Shown in pieces: positions 26,574-40,407 of a stretch of 64,000 bases of DNA; position 1 is the stretch's first letter, and each line of letters begins with the position of its first letter. The notes under the pieces are model-generated. The model worked only from the letters and a program-made list of their open reading frames with translations, did no database searches and had not been told where the DNA came from. The stretch comes from Octopus sinensis. Lineage: Eukaryota. The stretch is from NCBI RefSeq assembly GCF_006345805.1, contig NC_042999.1, positions 82,398,001 to 82,462,000 on the forward strand, written 5' to 3'. The position numbers and the translations under genes were made by a program.

Positions 26574-27794
26574 CACTTGTATGCGTGTATGGCTGTGTGT
26601 GCTTGTATTTGAGTCTCTGCGTGAGTTTGTACACATGCACATTCGCGATTGTGCATATGCGTAAATCTTGAAGAAATTATTGCATTATATATTTCATCAT
26701 ACAGAAAGATATGCATACACGCACGCAACATACACCTACACACGCTCATTCATGTATACACTCATACACGCATACATACATTCACGTATTCATACATGTT
26801 ATACATACGCGCATATAGGCTCGTATGTTTACACCTGTACAGACATAGGGACACGTAGAGGTGCGTACACGTTATCTCTCAGCAGGAATACAGAACTTCA
26901 AGAGAAGAACTTCAGTGCAGAATATCAGGCGCTTAATGAAATTCCTTACATAAGCAGAACAACAATTGAGTGAAAGAAATCTAATAATGTCCAGATTATA
27001 AATCGAGATGTTTGAGAAATTCACAGTATTAGTGTTCCAATATACATATCACTAGAGGCAAGCTAAGCTTGTATTTATACATTTATATGCAGGCATATGA
27101 ATAGATACATACATTTATACATGCCGAACAATAATAGCAGCTACTGCGGTAGTAACAACATTCTCGCCATCATCTAATGTTACACACACATAGCTGACAA
27201 TTTTCTTAATGATTATCAAGTAATGCAGAATGAAGTGAAGAGGGAAAGCCTAGAGCATAGAAACAAAGAAAATACAATAGAGATAAATATTTTGGCATCA
27301 AATTGTGCAATGCCCTTCACAAGCAAGATAGATATATTGGATTAGGCAGTTTTTAAAGCGTTAAATCTTTAATTTAAAGTGGTGATGTACATGCCATTCT
27401 GCAGTGACACTAAATGGGAGATGTATACGGATAGAAATAGTATCACGGTACGTGCTCAAATCGATAAACATATCTATGGATTCTATAGTGTAAGGTCTTA
27501 CGCTTTCAGAAACAGCACCCAGTGCGTGATTTTCTATCTGCTCATTTACTTGTGTGGGAATTTTGAGGATGAGATCTGGATGGGATTTTAACACTCCAGA
27601 GACAATTTCAGCCATGTATATATGTGTATATATAAATGTGTGTGTGTGTGTAAGACGAAAGAGAGAGAGAGAGTGAAAGGGATAGAGGGAGGTACATATA
27701 TGATTGCGTGATTAAGATATTTGTTTCCTAACCAGGTGGTTCGCACAGCACTTTAGGTAGATCTCTTCCGCTATAGCCTCGGTCCAAGCTATGC

Positions 27795-28150
27795 TTTCAT
27801 TTGTGCTGGTAGGTGGGGTAACCAAGTGCTACTTCATTGAAGGAAATGTATCATCTTGGAGAGGTGGAAACAGTACCGAAGCTCATCTCTTGATAATTTT
27901 TTTGTGCAGTGTCCAAGTTTTTCATACATATGATAGCGCCGGTTCGAACGTTGCAATCAACAGTTTGATTTTGATTTGCCTAAGCAATTTAGAGTTCCAT
28001 GACAGGCTGTCTGTACCTGTACCTACCTAAGCTTGATGTCTGCTTCAGAACTGCTCACCAAACCACCTAAGCACGTGAGGTCTTCAGCAACATTCTATTT
28101 GGAACCGCCCAAAGCAAACAGTTCTGCATCACTTGATTGGTTGAAGGCCA
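27795..28150 (-). mobile_element. RTE-like LINE ORF2 fragment (post-RT region)
   Basis: - strand: NVAEDLTCLGGLVSSSEADIKLR ... WNSKLLRQIKIKLLIATFEPALSYV*KTWTL, matching the YLGS...ETWT region of RTE ORF2. Confidence 0.6.
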
Positions 28151-29335
28151 ACTTTGAATTTTACGAGCTATGGACTCGTACAAAGTTTGAATTGTCTCCA
28201 AAAGAATTTTTGTCCATTCTTCACCTAAAACAGTCTCCAGTTCTTGTAGTGATGACGGTAGGGGATATCGGCTCCTTACTTGTTTTTCTAAAATGCACCA
28301 TAAATGTTCGATAATATTGAGATCTGGGGACTGTGCTGGCCAGATAAGATGTCCAACTTCACTAGAATATTCCTCGTGCCATTTAGTAGCAACTTTAGCT
28401 GTGTGAATTGGTGTATTATCATCCTGAAAGACTGCGTTTCCCTCTGGAAACAGTTCCGCAACCATATAATCAATTTGATCAGAGAAAATGCTTAAATAGT
28501 CTTCACTCTTAATTCTGCCATGAAGGGAAGTCATTGGGCCGGCATGTTTCCACGATATAAACCCCTAGATCATCACAGATCATCCGCCATGTTTAACAAT
28601 TAGAAGAAGGCAATTTGGGTTAAAAGCTTCTTTTGGTTGTCTCCACACGTATACTCGGCCGGTAGAAGGAAATAAGATAAAGGATGACTCGTCCGAGAAA
28701 ATAAAATTATTCCACTGCTCTAGGGACCCATTCCGTAGGATTTTACTCCACTCTAAACGCTTTGCAACCTTTGTTTTTGAAAGTATTGGTTTTCTGATTG
28801 CAGCCCTCCCGTGAAATACGGCTTTGTGCAGCTCACGGCAAACAGTTTTTTGTGGTAACTGCATTCTCGAGGTGGTCATTAAGCTCTTCAGTAATTTTGG
28901 GAGCTGTACTTTTGTGATCCTTTCTAACAATTCGCGTAAGAGTCCGACGGTCTCTATCTGAATGTTTTGGTTTTCTTCCGGAGTTTTGTTTCGATGAGGA
29001 GGTTTTTCCCTCTTTCTCAAAGGCTGTCATTACTTTCGAGACAGTACTTCTTGATACACGAAATATTTCGGTTGTTATTGCTACGCTAGCGCCTGCCATA
29101 CGAGTACCAACAATTTGACCTCTTCAAAAGTCTGATAGAGCTGTTATTTTAATGAATTTTAATTACCTTTTTCTGATAACATCTGAAAAAAACACCAATT
29201 TTAGCAAAACATATTAAGCAGCAATAATAAAAAATAAATAAAAAAATAAATAAACAAGCTATTGCCGGTTTTATAGATATTTCAAAATAATGATGCTATG
29301 ATGCTCGGTGTTTCCATTATTTTGTCCAAGTACTG
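28150..29335 (-). mobile_element. Tc1-like DNA transposon (DD36E), frameshifted and 3'-truncated
   Basis: TIR CAGTACTTGGACAAAATAATGGAAACAC next to TA (29336-29337); HTH/GRPRK-like SGRKPK in ORF 28833-29099; FSDESSF in ORF 28580-29020; FQDDNTPIH...WPAQSPDLNIIEHLW in ORF 28067-28534. Confidence 0.92.
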
Positions 29336-29897
29336 TATATAACTAAGTTTCTCCTAAACTGAACTACACTTAGATACGGAACATACTACCATGTCTGCAG
29401 TTGCATTATTATCCTAATATTCGCGTTCATTTAAAGACGTTTGTACATGGGAATCTGCAACGGAGTTATACAACTCTAGTCTTTGGATTTACACGCCGCA
29501 CAACTACATATGACTCGAACCAGCAAGGAAACTATTGCTCAGTTTCTCCACTGCAGGAAATAGCGGTCAAATTTTCAACAAATTATAGGCCAGTCTCTTT
29601 CAAAATTATTGCTGTGTGGAGTAAAGTATAGTCCCGGTCGGATTTCAAAACTAGTCATAGATGTAGCTGGCAAAAATATTCATTTCACATACAAGTTGAA
29701 TAAGAAACCAGCTTTAAAAGTTTATGTACGGTTTAGTGTAATTCAATGTGACTTCCCTACACACATCTAATCTTTACTCAAGTCGGATAAATGAGGATGA
29801 CTTTGCGGATACACTATATATTCATCCCAACTTAAACGTTTAAGCGGAGATAGATATTACCTGTTGGTTTTAGCATTGCCTCTGTCGCTAATACATG

Positions 29898-30003
29898 CAG
29901 TAATGCCTCGATATACAAGTTAATTCTTTCTCGGAGAACGCTTGTAAAACGAAAACTCGTAAAAACTCCTAAACCTGGAGTTTCATTAAGTAAAGTATTA
30001 CTG
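29898..30003. mobile_element. Tigger/pogo-like non-autonomous remnant
   Basis: Left end CAGTAATGCCTCGATATACAAGT and right end GTATTACTG followed by TA resemble Tigger-type TIRs. Confidence 0.5.
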
Positions 30004-30070
30004 TATATTTTAAAAAGATCACTGACTAATCGCGATACAAGTGCTTGTTCAGGCACTGATTTTCTATGTA

Positions 30071-30207
30071 TCGCTAGCGAGGAGATGAATCACTGCTGTC
30101 TCTAGCAGTCGAGTGTCCATCACCTATGAGATTAAGTAGGGTCGAAATCAAGTGATCTGGTGGTCTTGGCACTGGGGTTGGTGGGGGAATTATCTCCCTG
30201 CTAGCGA
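30071..30207. mobile_element. 137-bp MITE-like element, TA-flanked
   Basis: TCGCTAGCGAGGAGAT versus ATCTCCCTGCTAGCGA inverted ends; TA at 30069-30070 and 30208-30209. Confidence 0.5.
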
Positions 30208-30345
30208 TATAAACAAGCATGCATTTTGCACCAAAAGCTTATATGAGAGTTTCTCTCATGGTATCTATTACAGTAAAGTCTGTTCAAGTGAGAACAGATA
30301 TTACCTCATGGCAATAGATCTGTCATTATCGCTAATATATATTTT

Positions 30346-30384
<39 letters not shown>

Positions 30385-31459
30385 GTATTATTCCTGAAAA
30401 GTAAAGAGAAGCTATGACTGGAGAACTTCATTAGGACCGACGAAGAGGTAAAACAGTAACAACTTGTTGAAATTTTATGAAGCGTAAAACTTATTAAATA
30501 AACGAATCGATGTGCGCGCGCACACACATACACATATCATAAATAAATATCATGATTTTAAAAATCTAAGAACGAATAGCCATACAACTAGCACTGATAA
30601 GACTCCAACAACATTTAATAATATATTAAGACATTCGATATAAAGAAAATTGAACAATGTTAAAAAACAAAACAAGGTATCGAAAAGAAATTTGAAATAT
30701 CAAATATTAACACAATAGAAACATACAATTAAATTAACAACTATAAAACCCAGGGCATTATGGAATATATTAAAAAAACCTATACAGACAAATGGTTTGT
30801 AAGAACAAGATTATATTTATAAAACAATGGTGGAAATAGTCATCATATACGTATATGACTTTGTGAGGTTATTAAGATTACAATAACTCAAAAAGCCAAA
30901 AGATTATCTGCGTAGATGTTATTAAGTGTCTGGGTTAGTGACAGGGCTCGTTGCGAATGATTGAGAGTTGCCAAGGGCTGAAATGTTTCATAAAATTAAA
31001 ACATGACAAGTGGTTTAGTTGATGGCTACATCCAAAATAAATAATTAAATTTCGTAGTGCAGCGAGACTTAGCTTGTACTTTTCAAGAACATAATGACGG
31101 TGACGATTAAGATTTGAAGGTCATACAGATTGTTTAAACGGAAGATTTCTAAAATCATATTGCAACAGATTAAATAAACATTACGAGATGTAAAGTTATT
31201 GCAGACATGATTCGAAATTCATTCGTTGCAATTATCAAGTGCGTGATTGAAGCAGTGGTAAGCCGGGAAAATATTTCATTGAGTCTACAAAAGACATTAT
31301 TTCTCATTGCACCTCTAAACACATCTAAAGGCTCTTAACCAGCACGAGTTATTAGCCCTTCTACTGAGATATCACCTAAAACACGTACGATATTTTGCAT
31401 ATCCACCCATCTATATATCAGTCTATCTGTCCATCTACATATGGTTGCATATTTATATA

Positions 31460-31543
<84 letters not shown>

Positions 31544-31555
31544 CATATATACATA

Positions 31556-31607
<52 letters not shown>

Positions 31608-31859
31608 GCATCGACTAGAAGATATTGTATAAAGGATAGTGTGTGAGGCCAGAGCAATGCGAAGTAAATGCAAGGTAAATCACAAGAAAACAAATATATA
31701 TATATTTATACCTTGTATTCAATATTTCAGGGTTGTGACCCCATTTTCAATAAATTAACGAATGTTGCCGATGTGCGTGTGTGAAATGGACATGTGCGGA
31801 AACGTGTTAATAAAGCAACCAGTTAACTTCATGTAATTCTCTTCTGTTGTTGATCTTAG

Positions 31860-32283
31860 GCTTCTTTTGGTGTATGAGGATGGCCTGAAAGATTCTAAGG
31901 TTGCCCCTGTTCTACTATGTTGGCTTGATGTGCGCTGTGAATTCCTGAGTTTGGTATTTCCGTAGATGTTTTCAATTACTTCATTTCGGATATACTCTCT
32001 CAATGATATTTCCAGCTGGGATATTTCTATATCTCTATGCGTCGTGACAAATCCATGCGTTTCCCTCTGTGTTATAGTAGACCACGTCACATTTGTGTAT
32101 AAGAAAGCATGTAGGACGGTGCTGCTTAAGAGACTAGCACATAAGGTCTTATTCAGTTTTACTTTGAGCACATCCTTTATTGAGTTGAGCGCTTTGCATC
32201 CTGCACTTATCCTCTTCGAGATTTCAGCATCAATATCTCGGTGCATATTCACTGTGTGCCCTTCGGAGATATACTCCTTTACT
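31860..32283 (-). mobile_element. RTE-clade LINE ORF2 3' fragment
   Basis: RVKEYI...NMHRDIDAEISKRISAGCKALNSIKDVLK...STVLHAFLYTNVTW...LEISLREYIRNEVI (ORF 31755-32252) is a typical RTE post-RT region. Confidence 0.8.
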
Positions 32284-32316
32284 CTGTGTGTGTGTGTGTG
32301 TGTGTTGTGTGTGTGT

Positions 32317-32392
<76 letters not shown>

Positions 32393-33424
32393 TTTAGAAA
32401 TCATAGATACTTCACTATCCTATAATACTCCATATCAACCAACTAAAATTTGCAATGATCTTTCTACATTATTATTATATGTATATTATTATATATATCA
32501 AATTTCCTCTGCTTTATTAACTATCTACAAATCCGCTATTAAAAGTACACAGTAACCATTTCCAAACGTTCAACTTTCAATAAATTGTGTTACTCTACTT
32601 TCACTATCGAGTGCTCTATTTTCTTCATCTTCTTTACTCTTAGACGTGCATGCGTGCACACAATCCCTTTACATAGCCTACAGAATGTATTGTAAGTCAA
32701 AGAGCGTGATGTACACATTATGAAGCCTCTACGTATTTATTCAAGCTGCTTGGCATAGTACCCAACTGTAACGCCTTAAACAATGAGGCACACATTAAGT
32801 GACGTAGTATTATCTATTTTGTGCTTGATAACATGATGAGATGCTTAAAGATGGAAAGCATTTGATCATAGGTTTTATCGATTACTGATGACCTCTGGCC
32901 AAGCATTAACATCACCGGCATGAACAACCTATCACGTGCTTATACCTTGCTCAAAGTATTAATTACTTAGTATATCCTTTTAGTTGGTCAATTTGTATGT
33001 TTCTCTGCCCGCTCATCAACAAGAATATTGATTCCACTCTAACATTACAATTCACAAGATGGCTGAATTTCCAGTTATCTTTCCTCTTCGCTTGGCATAG
33101 GAAATATATTATTCTCACCTTACTATACTAACTAAACGCACTGTTAGAGAATATAAACGGTGCAAGACTAAATAGGTTAAAACAATTTCCAGTTCTTTGA
33201 TCAACCAAACATGGATAAATGAATGCTTCTATCTTTGGTACGTAAATACATATTTTTTTTACGTGACTTGCATTGAATTTTCCTTGAGATAATTCTGAAT
33301 AGAAAATGAAACATTACACTTGTGACATTTGTACGTCATTCACATGGAAAACGCGTGCATACATAGACATGCATACATGTACACACATACACACCCACAA
33401 ATATAGTACACACATACACACATA

Positions 33425-33495
<71 letters not shown>

Positions 33496-35091
33496 CAAAC
33501 ACACAATCACGGTAACAAAACGCATGCACGAACATACATGCGCACATACGTGCATTAGTATGAAGCCTAATATACGACTCTATTAAGTAGCGACTCAGAA
33601 CCAAGTTCTATAAAGTTTGTTTCTTCTATAAAGTCGTCTTCTGCAGAGTTACCTCCGTTGCAAGAATTCAGATCATATCAGCGGTTATGTCTCAATACTA
33701 TTCTCTGTTCCTATTAGGTAGATGGCTTTGTCTCACCTCTATTCAGACCTATCTGAATCACCTGTCATTTCTTCGTATATTTATCATATTTTTACTACCT
33801 TCCAGTCCTCGAGGTAACCAATATCCTCGATCTTCCTTCCCAACACATCCTCTCCCTCAATTCTTTCCATTTTCCTGAATTCACCAGCTTCGTATTGTTG
33901 ATTGAGAACATTTCAACTTATATATATCATTGGTTTCGGTGTAACAGTGAAAACACTTCAGGTGCAGACGCAAATAACGGGATATTGCTATCAGATGATT
34001 CTCTGGAAGCGAAGATATTTTCCATAAATCAAGTATTTATCTTGCAGAATATTAAATACACCTTTATTTTACTGTTGTATATACAAGATGTCATGCTGTA
34101 TATACAATTGTAACAGGTCAGTATCCACATTTGCAGATCCACGAAATGTAGTTGGGAGAGATTGGAAGTATTGAATTATATCATGTCCAATATCCAGTGC
34201 TTATGTCTTAAATCTATTAGAAAGCATATAATTACCAAACAAGATTTTTAATGATACGGTCATAAATTCATTCGCAATTGATTGATATGATGTAGGAAAG
34301 CAAATTTTATATACAACAGTATAACAAAGGCGTATTAAATTTCCTGCAAGATAATTTATAATTTATTGAAATTATCTTCGTTTCTAGAGAAGGTAAGACA
34401 ATTACCTGATGGCAATATACAGTTACTTGCTTTCGCTGTTCAAATACAAATCGCTGGTGAGACTGAGTTATTTCTTTTACCTCATTTTCGTTTCATTTAT
34501 ACAATGTACTTACGCCATAAACGAGACTTTATCTTTATTGTATATATGACTAAGTATCTCCTAAATTGGTGTTGATGCTACCTTTTCGAGTAGAAACACG
34601 TGATTACAATTGAGACTATTTTCATTTATGGCATGCCCGTTATTTTGGGCAATTCTTGATTCTTGAGATTATCTCTTAGTCTCATTTGGAGTTGGTACCA
34701 ATTGTTGAAAACGAGTGTGTGGGATTCGTAGATAACCACTTCACTGCTGGGTGCTATATTGTGCTAGCATGCATTTGCATTGTACGTCGACAGTAGTTTA
34801 AGGTTCAGGGAATTAGTTACCTTAAGTTCGTCATATTCGTGATACAACTGTTACTCAGAGTAAGTTTATAGTTACTGCATAATTTTGATATATTTCACTT
34901 ATACTTGCGTAAGATGCGTTTAACGTCTGGTGATTTACCTTGGTTTCTGAGACAAGAAACTTCTTGGGATATGCTACCTGAGTGATTTGTTCCAAATGCG
35001 CAAACACGCCATCAATACAATAAAGTAGCAAGCTGGTCATGAAATCTCGATAAAGACTTAAACTAAACCAGCTGGTATATCTCCCTATGTC

Positions 35092-35176
<85 letters not shown>

Positions 35177-35433
35177 CCATGTTGGAACTGGAACTAGTTA
35201 AAAGAATTAGCTGTCTTTTTGGCTGCTATTTCTAAATTTTCGGTATGTGGTGAAGCAACTTGTTACTAAACCCTTAATTATATTTATAATTATATATAAA
35301 AAAACTTCTTGTACAAGTTTTTACCGATAATGGGTTTTTTTCCATACCGAAACTACTTGGTAAAATTTATTAATTATTAGATTAATAATTCTTTACCCTA
35401 TATCTGTAATGTGTATATATATATATATATATA

Positions 35434-35817
35434 CTAGCAGTATCGCCCGGCGTTGCTCAGGTTTGTAAGGGAAATAACTATAAAGCATTTTTAGAGAGTT
35501 ATAGCCAAAAAATAGCAAAAAAATGAAAAAAAAATGATGGTAAATTTTTTTTGAGAGTTGAAAAAGGTGGAGTTGCGTCCCCTAGACGGTCTGTGGTTTG
35601 GGTTTCTGATTCTCGACCCCATGTCGAATTTATCGATTTTTTTCAGAACTGGGGGAACTTTTCAAAATTTTCGCTGCGTTAGTTTTGAATTATGACATTG
35701 GACTATGTGTGTGTCAAGTTTCATCAGAATCGGTTGAAAGCCGTGGTCAGAGTGAGGGTACGAGAAAACAGACACACAGAAAACGCACAGACAAACTGCC
35801 GTTTATATAGAGAGAGA
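35434..35817 (-). mobile_element. Non-autonomous Helitron (second copy of 18470-18843)
   Basis: Reverse complement of 18470-18843 over its whole length, with TC...CTAG termini at an A|T site. Confidence 0.88.
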
Positions 35818-35819
35818 TA

Positions 35820-36597
35820 TTGGGTCATCGCATAAGCAATGCGGTTTTTTTTCAATTGTATGAAGATGGACGGGCTGAACAACTACTTCAACTTGCTATA
35901 AAAGCAAGTAGTTATTTTACCTTGTCCTTATTCTTAGTGCAAATTTTGAAGAGTGCAGTTCGATGTCAAGTTATTTTTTCAAAGCTATAATTGAAGTCAC
36001 AAAGGAGCATATTCGGCATATTGTGCTTTATGGGTTGAATAAAGGCAACAACGCAACGAAACGTGAGAGGAATATTACTGTAGTATATGGGGATCGGATG
36101 ATAAGCGTAAGCCAGTCTCAACTGTGGTTCCAGAAATTCCAAGACGGAGACTACAACCTAGAAAACGAACCTCGTCCTGGAAGATCTGTAGAGCGCGACG
36201 AGGACATCCTACAAATCGTGGGGGAACAAAATTCCATTGTAACTGTTGAGGAACTAGCAGAGAAGCTTGAATTCGGTCATTCAAGTCATTCAAGTCAACG
36301 CTAGAAGAAAAATGACCATCTTTGGTTTCAAAACAAAAGGTATTTTTTCCATCAGGATAATGCTCGGCTATATACAGTGAGGATGACATTCCAATGGATG
36401 GAGCACTCTGATTGGGAAACGATGCCCCAAACAACCTCTCGCGGGACATTGCCCTATCTGATTATCATTTATTCTGCGGACGTCATAATCATTTACAGGG
36501 AAAAAATATTAATTCTCTCGAGCAGGTCAGAACGGTAGTACAGAAGTGCTTTTCATCATTGACAAGTGAATTTTGAAAGAGCGACCTTGCAAGACTA

Positions 36598-36598
<1 letters not shown>
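35820..36598 (+). mobile_element. Mariner transposon, internally deleted and 3'-truncated
   Basis: TA then TIR TTGGGTCATCGCATAAGCAATGCGGTTTTT; ORF 35963-36304 EVTKEHIRHIVLY...WFQKFQDGDYNLENEPRPGRS; later FHQDNAR and SRDIALSDYHLF motifs. Confidence 0.9.
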
Positions 36599-36673
<75 letters not shown>

Positions 36674-36763
36674 ATGTATATGTATATACATTATTATGGC
36701 ATGTCCCAATATATGCACACACACCACACACACACACGCGCGCATATATATATATATATATAT

Positions 36764-36819
<56 letters not shown>

Positions 36820-37239
36820 TTCTGCTGGAAAATTCCTGATGAGAAGTCGTGTGTTGAAACAAATATTATTATATTTCGGGATGGTCGTTTGTTGTTGTCG
36901 TTTTGTTTTTTGACAGATAAAAACAAGCACTATATGTTCGTTCTTCACTCGTTTATAACTGTTCTTGTTCTTACCTATGTCCGTTGTCCGAAAGACTTTT
37001 GATACACATTTGTGACCTCTTTAGCGACACTTCCCATCTGCGTGTGTGATCTTGCTCTGCTTATTTTTGATATTTATAAATAGATAAATGCCTCCATCAT
37101 CAGGGAGTGTTAGAAGGAGTCACAACTCGCTTAGTATTAGAAAGCTTTCTTTAGTTCTAGGTTTCATATATAGTTATACCTATGAGCAGGAAGAGGAAAT
37201 ACAGTAGAAGGAATTATGAGAAGTTAATATAGAAAATAT

Positions 37240-37620
37240 TGTGGGTTCTAAGCTTAATCTGCCCATCTAAATCCGATGTTGTCAAAATTAGCAAAATTGT
37301 TACTAGACAGTTATAAAACTGTTATAGACAAACATAATGTTAACTCCCCTTTGGAATTCCACTGGTGATGTAATCACATGGTTTCATTCTCTCAATGATA
37401 AACATCGGAGCAGTTTTATCCAATTCGATATTTCTGATAACTACTAATCTATAACACCAAACTTAAATGACGCATTAAAATTTGCCAGAAACTATGCAAC
37501 CATCTTGCTAACTGATATGAACCTATTTCTGGCAGCTAGAAAAACTTTTACTAAATTTTACGACAAAGATTGGACTAGAAGTAATTCATCGTAGTTTTTC
37601 AATATCACAATGGCACAGAT
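37240..37620 (+). mobile_element. Penelope-like element reverse transcriptase fragment
   Basis: LICPSKSDVVKISK ... WNSTGDVITWFHSLNDKHRSSFIQFDISDNY*SI...LNDALKFARNY...ARKTF, matching the PLE RT motif FIQFDIxxFYPSI. Confidence 0.75.
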
Positions 37621-37659
37621 ACACACACAAACAAACATACGAAATGTATAAATTCTTTT

Positions 37660-37800
37660 ATTTTTTTTTTTTACTTGTTTCAGTCATTTGACTGCGCCAA
37701 TGCTGGAGAACAGCCTTGGAAGGTTTTAGTCGAAGAAATTGACCTCAGGACTTATTCTTTTTAGCATAGATCTTTATCAGTAACTTTGCCGAACTTCTAG
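37660..37800 (-). mobile_element. Family B SINE 3' part
   Basis: Reverse complement of the 23190-23310 tail region (AATAAGTCCTG.GGTC...CTCCAGCA...CAAATGACTGAAACAAG). Confidence 0.7.
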
Positions 37801-37899
37801 GTTACAGGGGCTGAAAAACACCAACTAGGGTTGTCAAGCGACGGTGAGCGCAAACACTGACACAGGCACACACACAAACAAATACATACATACAGACCA

Positions 37900-37960
<61 letters not shown>

Positions 37961-37961
37961 G

Positions 37962-38336
37962 TCTTATATAAAATCCTTTCTGTCTGTCTGTCTGTCTTTG
38001 TGTGTGGTTTCTAGGATCTCGGGCATCATCCATCCGATTGCGCTCATATTTGATATGTGGATACCAACGGTATCAGGGCGTGAATAAGTCTTGAAAAAAT
38101 TACAAAAATCGATTCTAGGTGAGAATACCATCGATAAAGCCGTGAGAAATCGTTTTTCTTTGGAATAGAAAAAAGTCTATCTTTATTTCTTCTTTTGCTG
38201 GTGTCTCAAATTTAAGTTAAATCAGTGTTTCTCAAATGGGAGGCCTATGGCACTGTCGGACAAGTTGTTTTGAGAAAATTTGGTTTAAATGTTTGACAAC
38301 TCAGCACCGTCCATTGGACGGGGGGCGTTTTTCTCG
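37962..38336 (+). mobile_element. Non-autonomous Helitron, second family
   Basis: 5' TCTTATATAAAATCC followed by (CTGT)n, a perfect hairpin CCGTCC-ATT-GGACGG at 38307-38321, and a CTCG (CTAG-like) 3' end before T. Confidence 0.6.
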
Positions 38337-38361
38337 TATATGTATGTATATATATATATAT

Positions 38362-38510
38362 ACGACGGGATTCTTTCAGTTTCCATCGACCAAAACAACT
38401 CACAAGGCTTTGGTCCGTTCGATACTATAGTAAAAGACAATAGACCAAGGTGACTTAAACCGGAACCATGTGGTGGGGGAGCAGCCTTTTTACCACACAC
38501 CCAAGCCTGT
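38362..38510 (-). mobile_element. Family B SINE 5' half
   Basis: Reverse complement of the family B head through GAAACTGAAAGAA.CCCGTCGTA. Confidence 0.75.
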
Positions 38511-38581
38511 ATATATATATTACTTATATAATGAATATATGTGTGTGCGTGCGTGTGTATATGTATTCTTTCATATAATGG

Positions 38582-38616
<35 letters not shown>

Positions 38617-38699
38617 ATATATGACGGGATACTTTCAGTTTCCATCTACCATCTCTATGTATTTATAAATAGATAGATAGATACATAGGGGAGAATTCC

Positions 38700-38880
38700 T
38701 CAAAAAAAGAAAAAAGAATAAGACAGGTGGTGTAGACAACAAACAGATGTATTAATATAACGCTCGGGAAATGAAAAAGTCTTTAACGTTTCGAGCCTAT
38801 GCTCTTCCAGAGAAAGGAACACAAAAAGAAAACAAGTAGAGAAAATAAAGAATGTGTAGCGGCTACCGATCTATCATAGT
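38700..38880 (-). mobile_element. PLE-like terminal repeat with degenerate minimal hammerhead (38780-38817)
   Basis: - strand CTCTGGAAGAGCATAGGCTCGAAACGTTAAAGAC; homologous to 50820-51075 and 60345-60546. Confidence 0.65.
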
Positions 38881-38882
38881 GA

Positions 38883-38996
<114 letters not shown>

Positions 38997-39993
38997 GTAC
39001 ACATATGCATATATGTGTGGGAGAGAAAGAGTGTATAAAAAATCGTAATTATTTTAGAATAAAATTGCACTAAAATGTTTATCTATTTTTAAAATATAAT
39101 ATAATATAATAACATTTTACGCTTATGCATTATATCAAACTACAATGTACAACAAAATTAGTCATAGATCTTTTTCTACTGGTTGCATCTCTAATTGTGT
39201 ATTTAGTAAGTTTCATTAAATCGTTTTTGCATAATTTCAAAAGCTATATAAAACAAAATAAACAAGAATATCTACTAGCAATTCTCATAATGATAATGGA
39301 GTTGTACTTATGAATCAAAAAAACACTGGTATTCAGGTCATTAATTTTCTTCAGTTTAATTCAGTAATTTTTTTTACATACTTTTCAGAATAATATAAGG
39401 CAAAACAAAATGATGATGATGATCGCGATGATGATGATGATGATGATGATGATTTTAACTGACTGGAAGTGTTATCATATACATTGCTTGGTCTTGGTGT
39501 AAAAGATGGGTGACAGCAAATATTCTGCTCAATACCACAGATTTGCTTGTCAGCTGTTTGACCTTAACCAGTTGAGCATGTCCCTTAGTGGCTGACGATA
39601 TGTGCATCTCTGATCACGAGTAGAAGTAGTGGGGGAACACGATAGCCATGTGTTGAGAGGGATTCTTTGGGGTTTGGATAATTCACCTCTGGAAACATGG
39701 GTGTTTCGCTCAACATCCTTAAACAACCTTTAATCAGGGATCTTTTGAACGGGATGAGCTACTCGATCTCAAGAAAATTTTATCCTGCAAGTTCATGCGC
39801 TGTTTATTTTTATATGGGATCACCATATCACGCACATACAGTTGTGATGCATGTGCCTGGTATACCCTTATCAGACAGGTAGTCATGATGGATATACTGG
39901 GCTTCGTATATTTTACCCCAGTGACGCTTTGGTGGCATACACTGCTCTCTCACTCAATAATAATAAATACACATACATACATACATACATACA

Positions 39994-40048
<55 letters not shown>

Positions 40049-40061
40049 ATATATATATATG

Positions 40062-40213
40062 CGATGAGTTTATTTCAGTTTCCTTCTACCAAGCCCACTC
40101 ACAAGGCTTTGATCAGCCCGAGGCTATAGTAGAAAACATTTGCCCAAGGTTCCACGTAGCAGAACTGAACCGGAAGCATATGGTTGGCAACCAAACTTCT
40201 TACCACGCAGCCA
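40062..40213 (-). mobile_element. Family B SINE 5' half
   Basis: ACTCACAAGGCTTTGATCAGCCCGAGGCTATAGTAGAA...TTCTTACCACGCAGCCA, reverse complement of the family B head. Confidence 0.8.
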
Positions 40214-40407
40214 GGTAAGTTTTGATGAATGTTTGCAAATATTAAACAAACTTCTTTTTAAAATATTTTTGTTTCCTCATTAGTGGATGAGATGGTGATG
40301 AAGAAGCTTTTACATATTACAAGACTAGGACTCAGGATAATGTCTATTATAGTATCACCTAATATAATTTATATGTGCTTTCACAAAATTCATATTAGAA
40401 AAACTCA

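Noticed and set aside
26880-26973. ELQEKNFSAEYQALNEIP, reminiscent of a receptor PTP juxtamembrane segment
   Set aside because: No convincing donor before the stop, and the resemblance is only a few residues.
36836-36875. CTGATGA...GAAA spacing like a hammerhead core
   Set aside because: No stem II, stem III or stem I complementarity.
39480-39785. GC-richer block that looks like an interspersed repeat
   Set aside because: Only weak similarity to 59510-59560 within the window, so it cannot be classified without a search.
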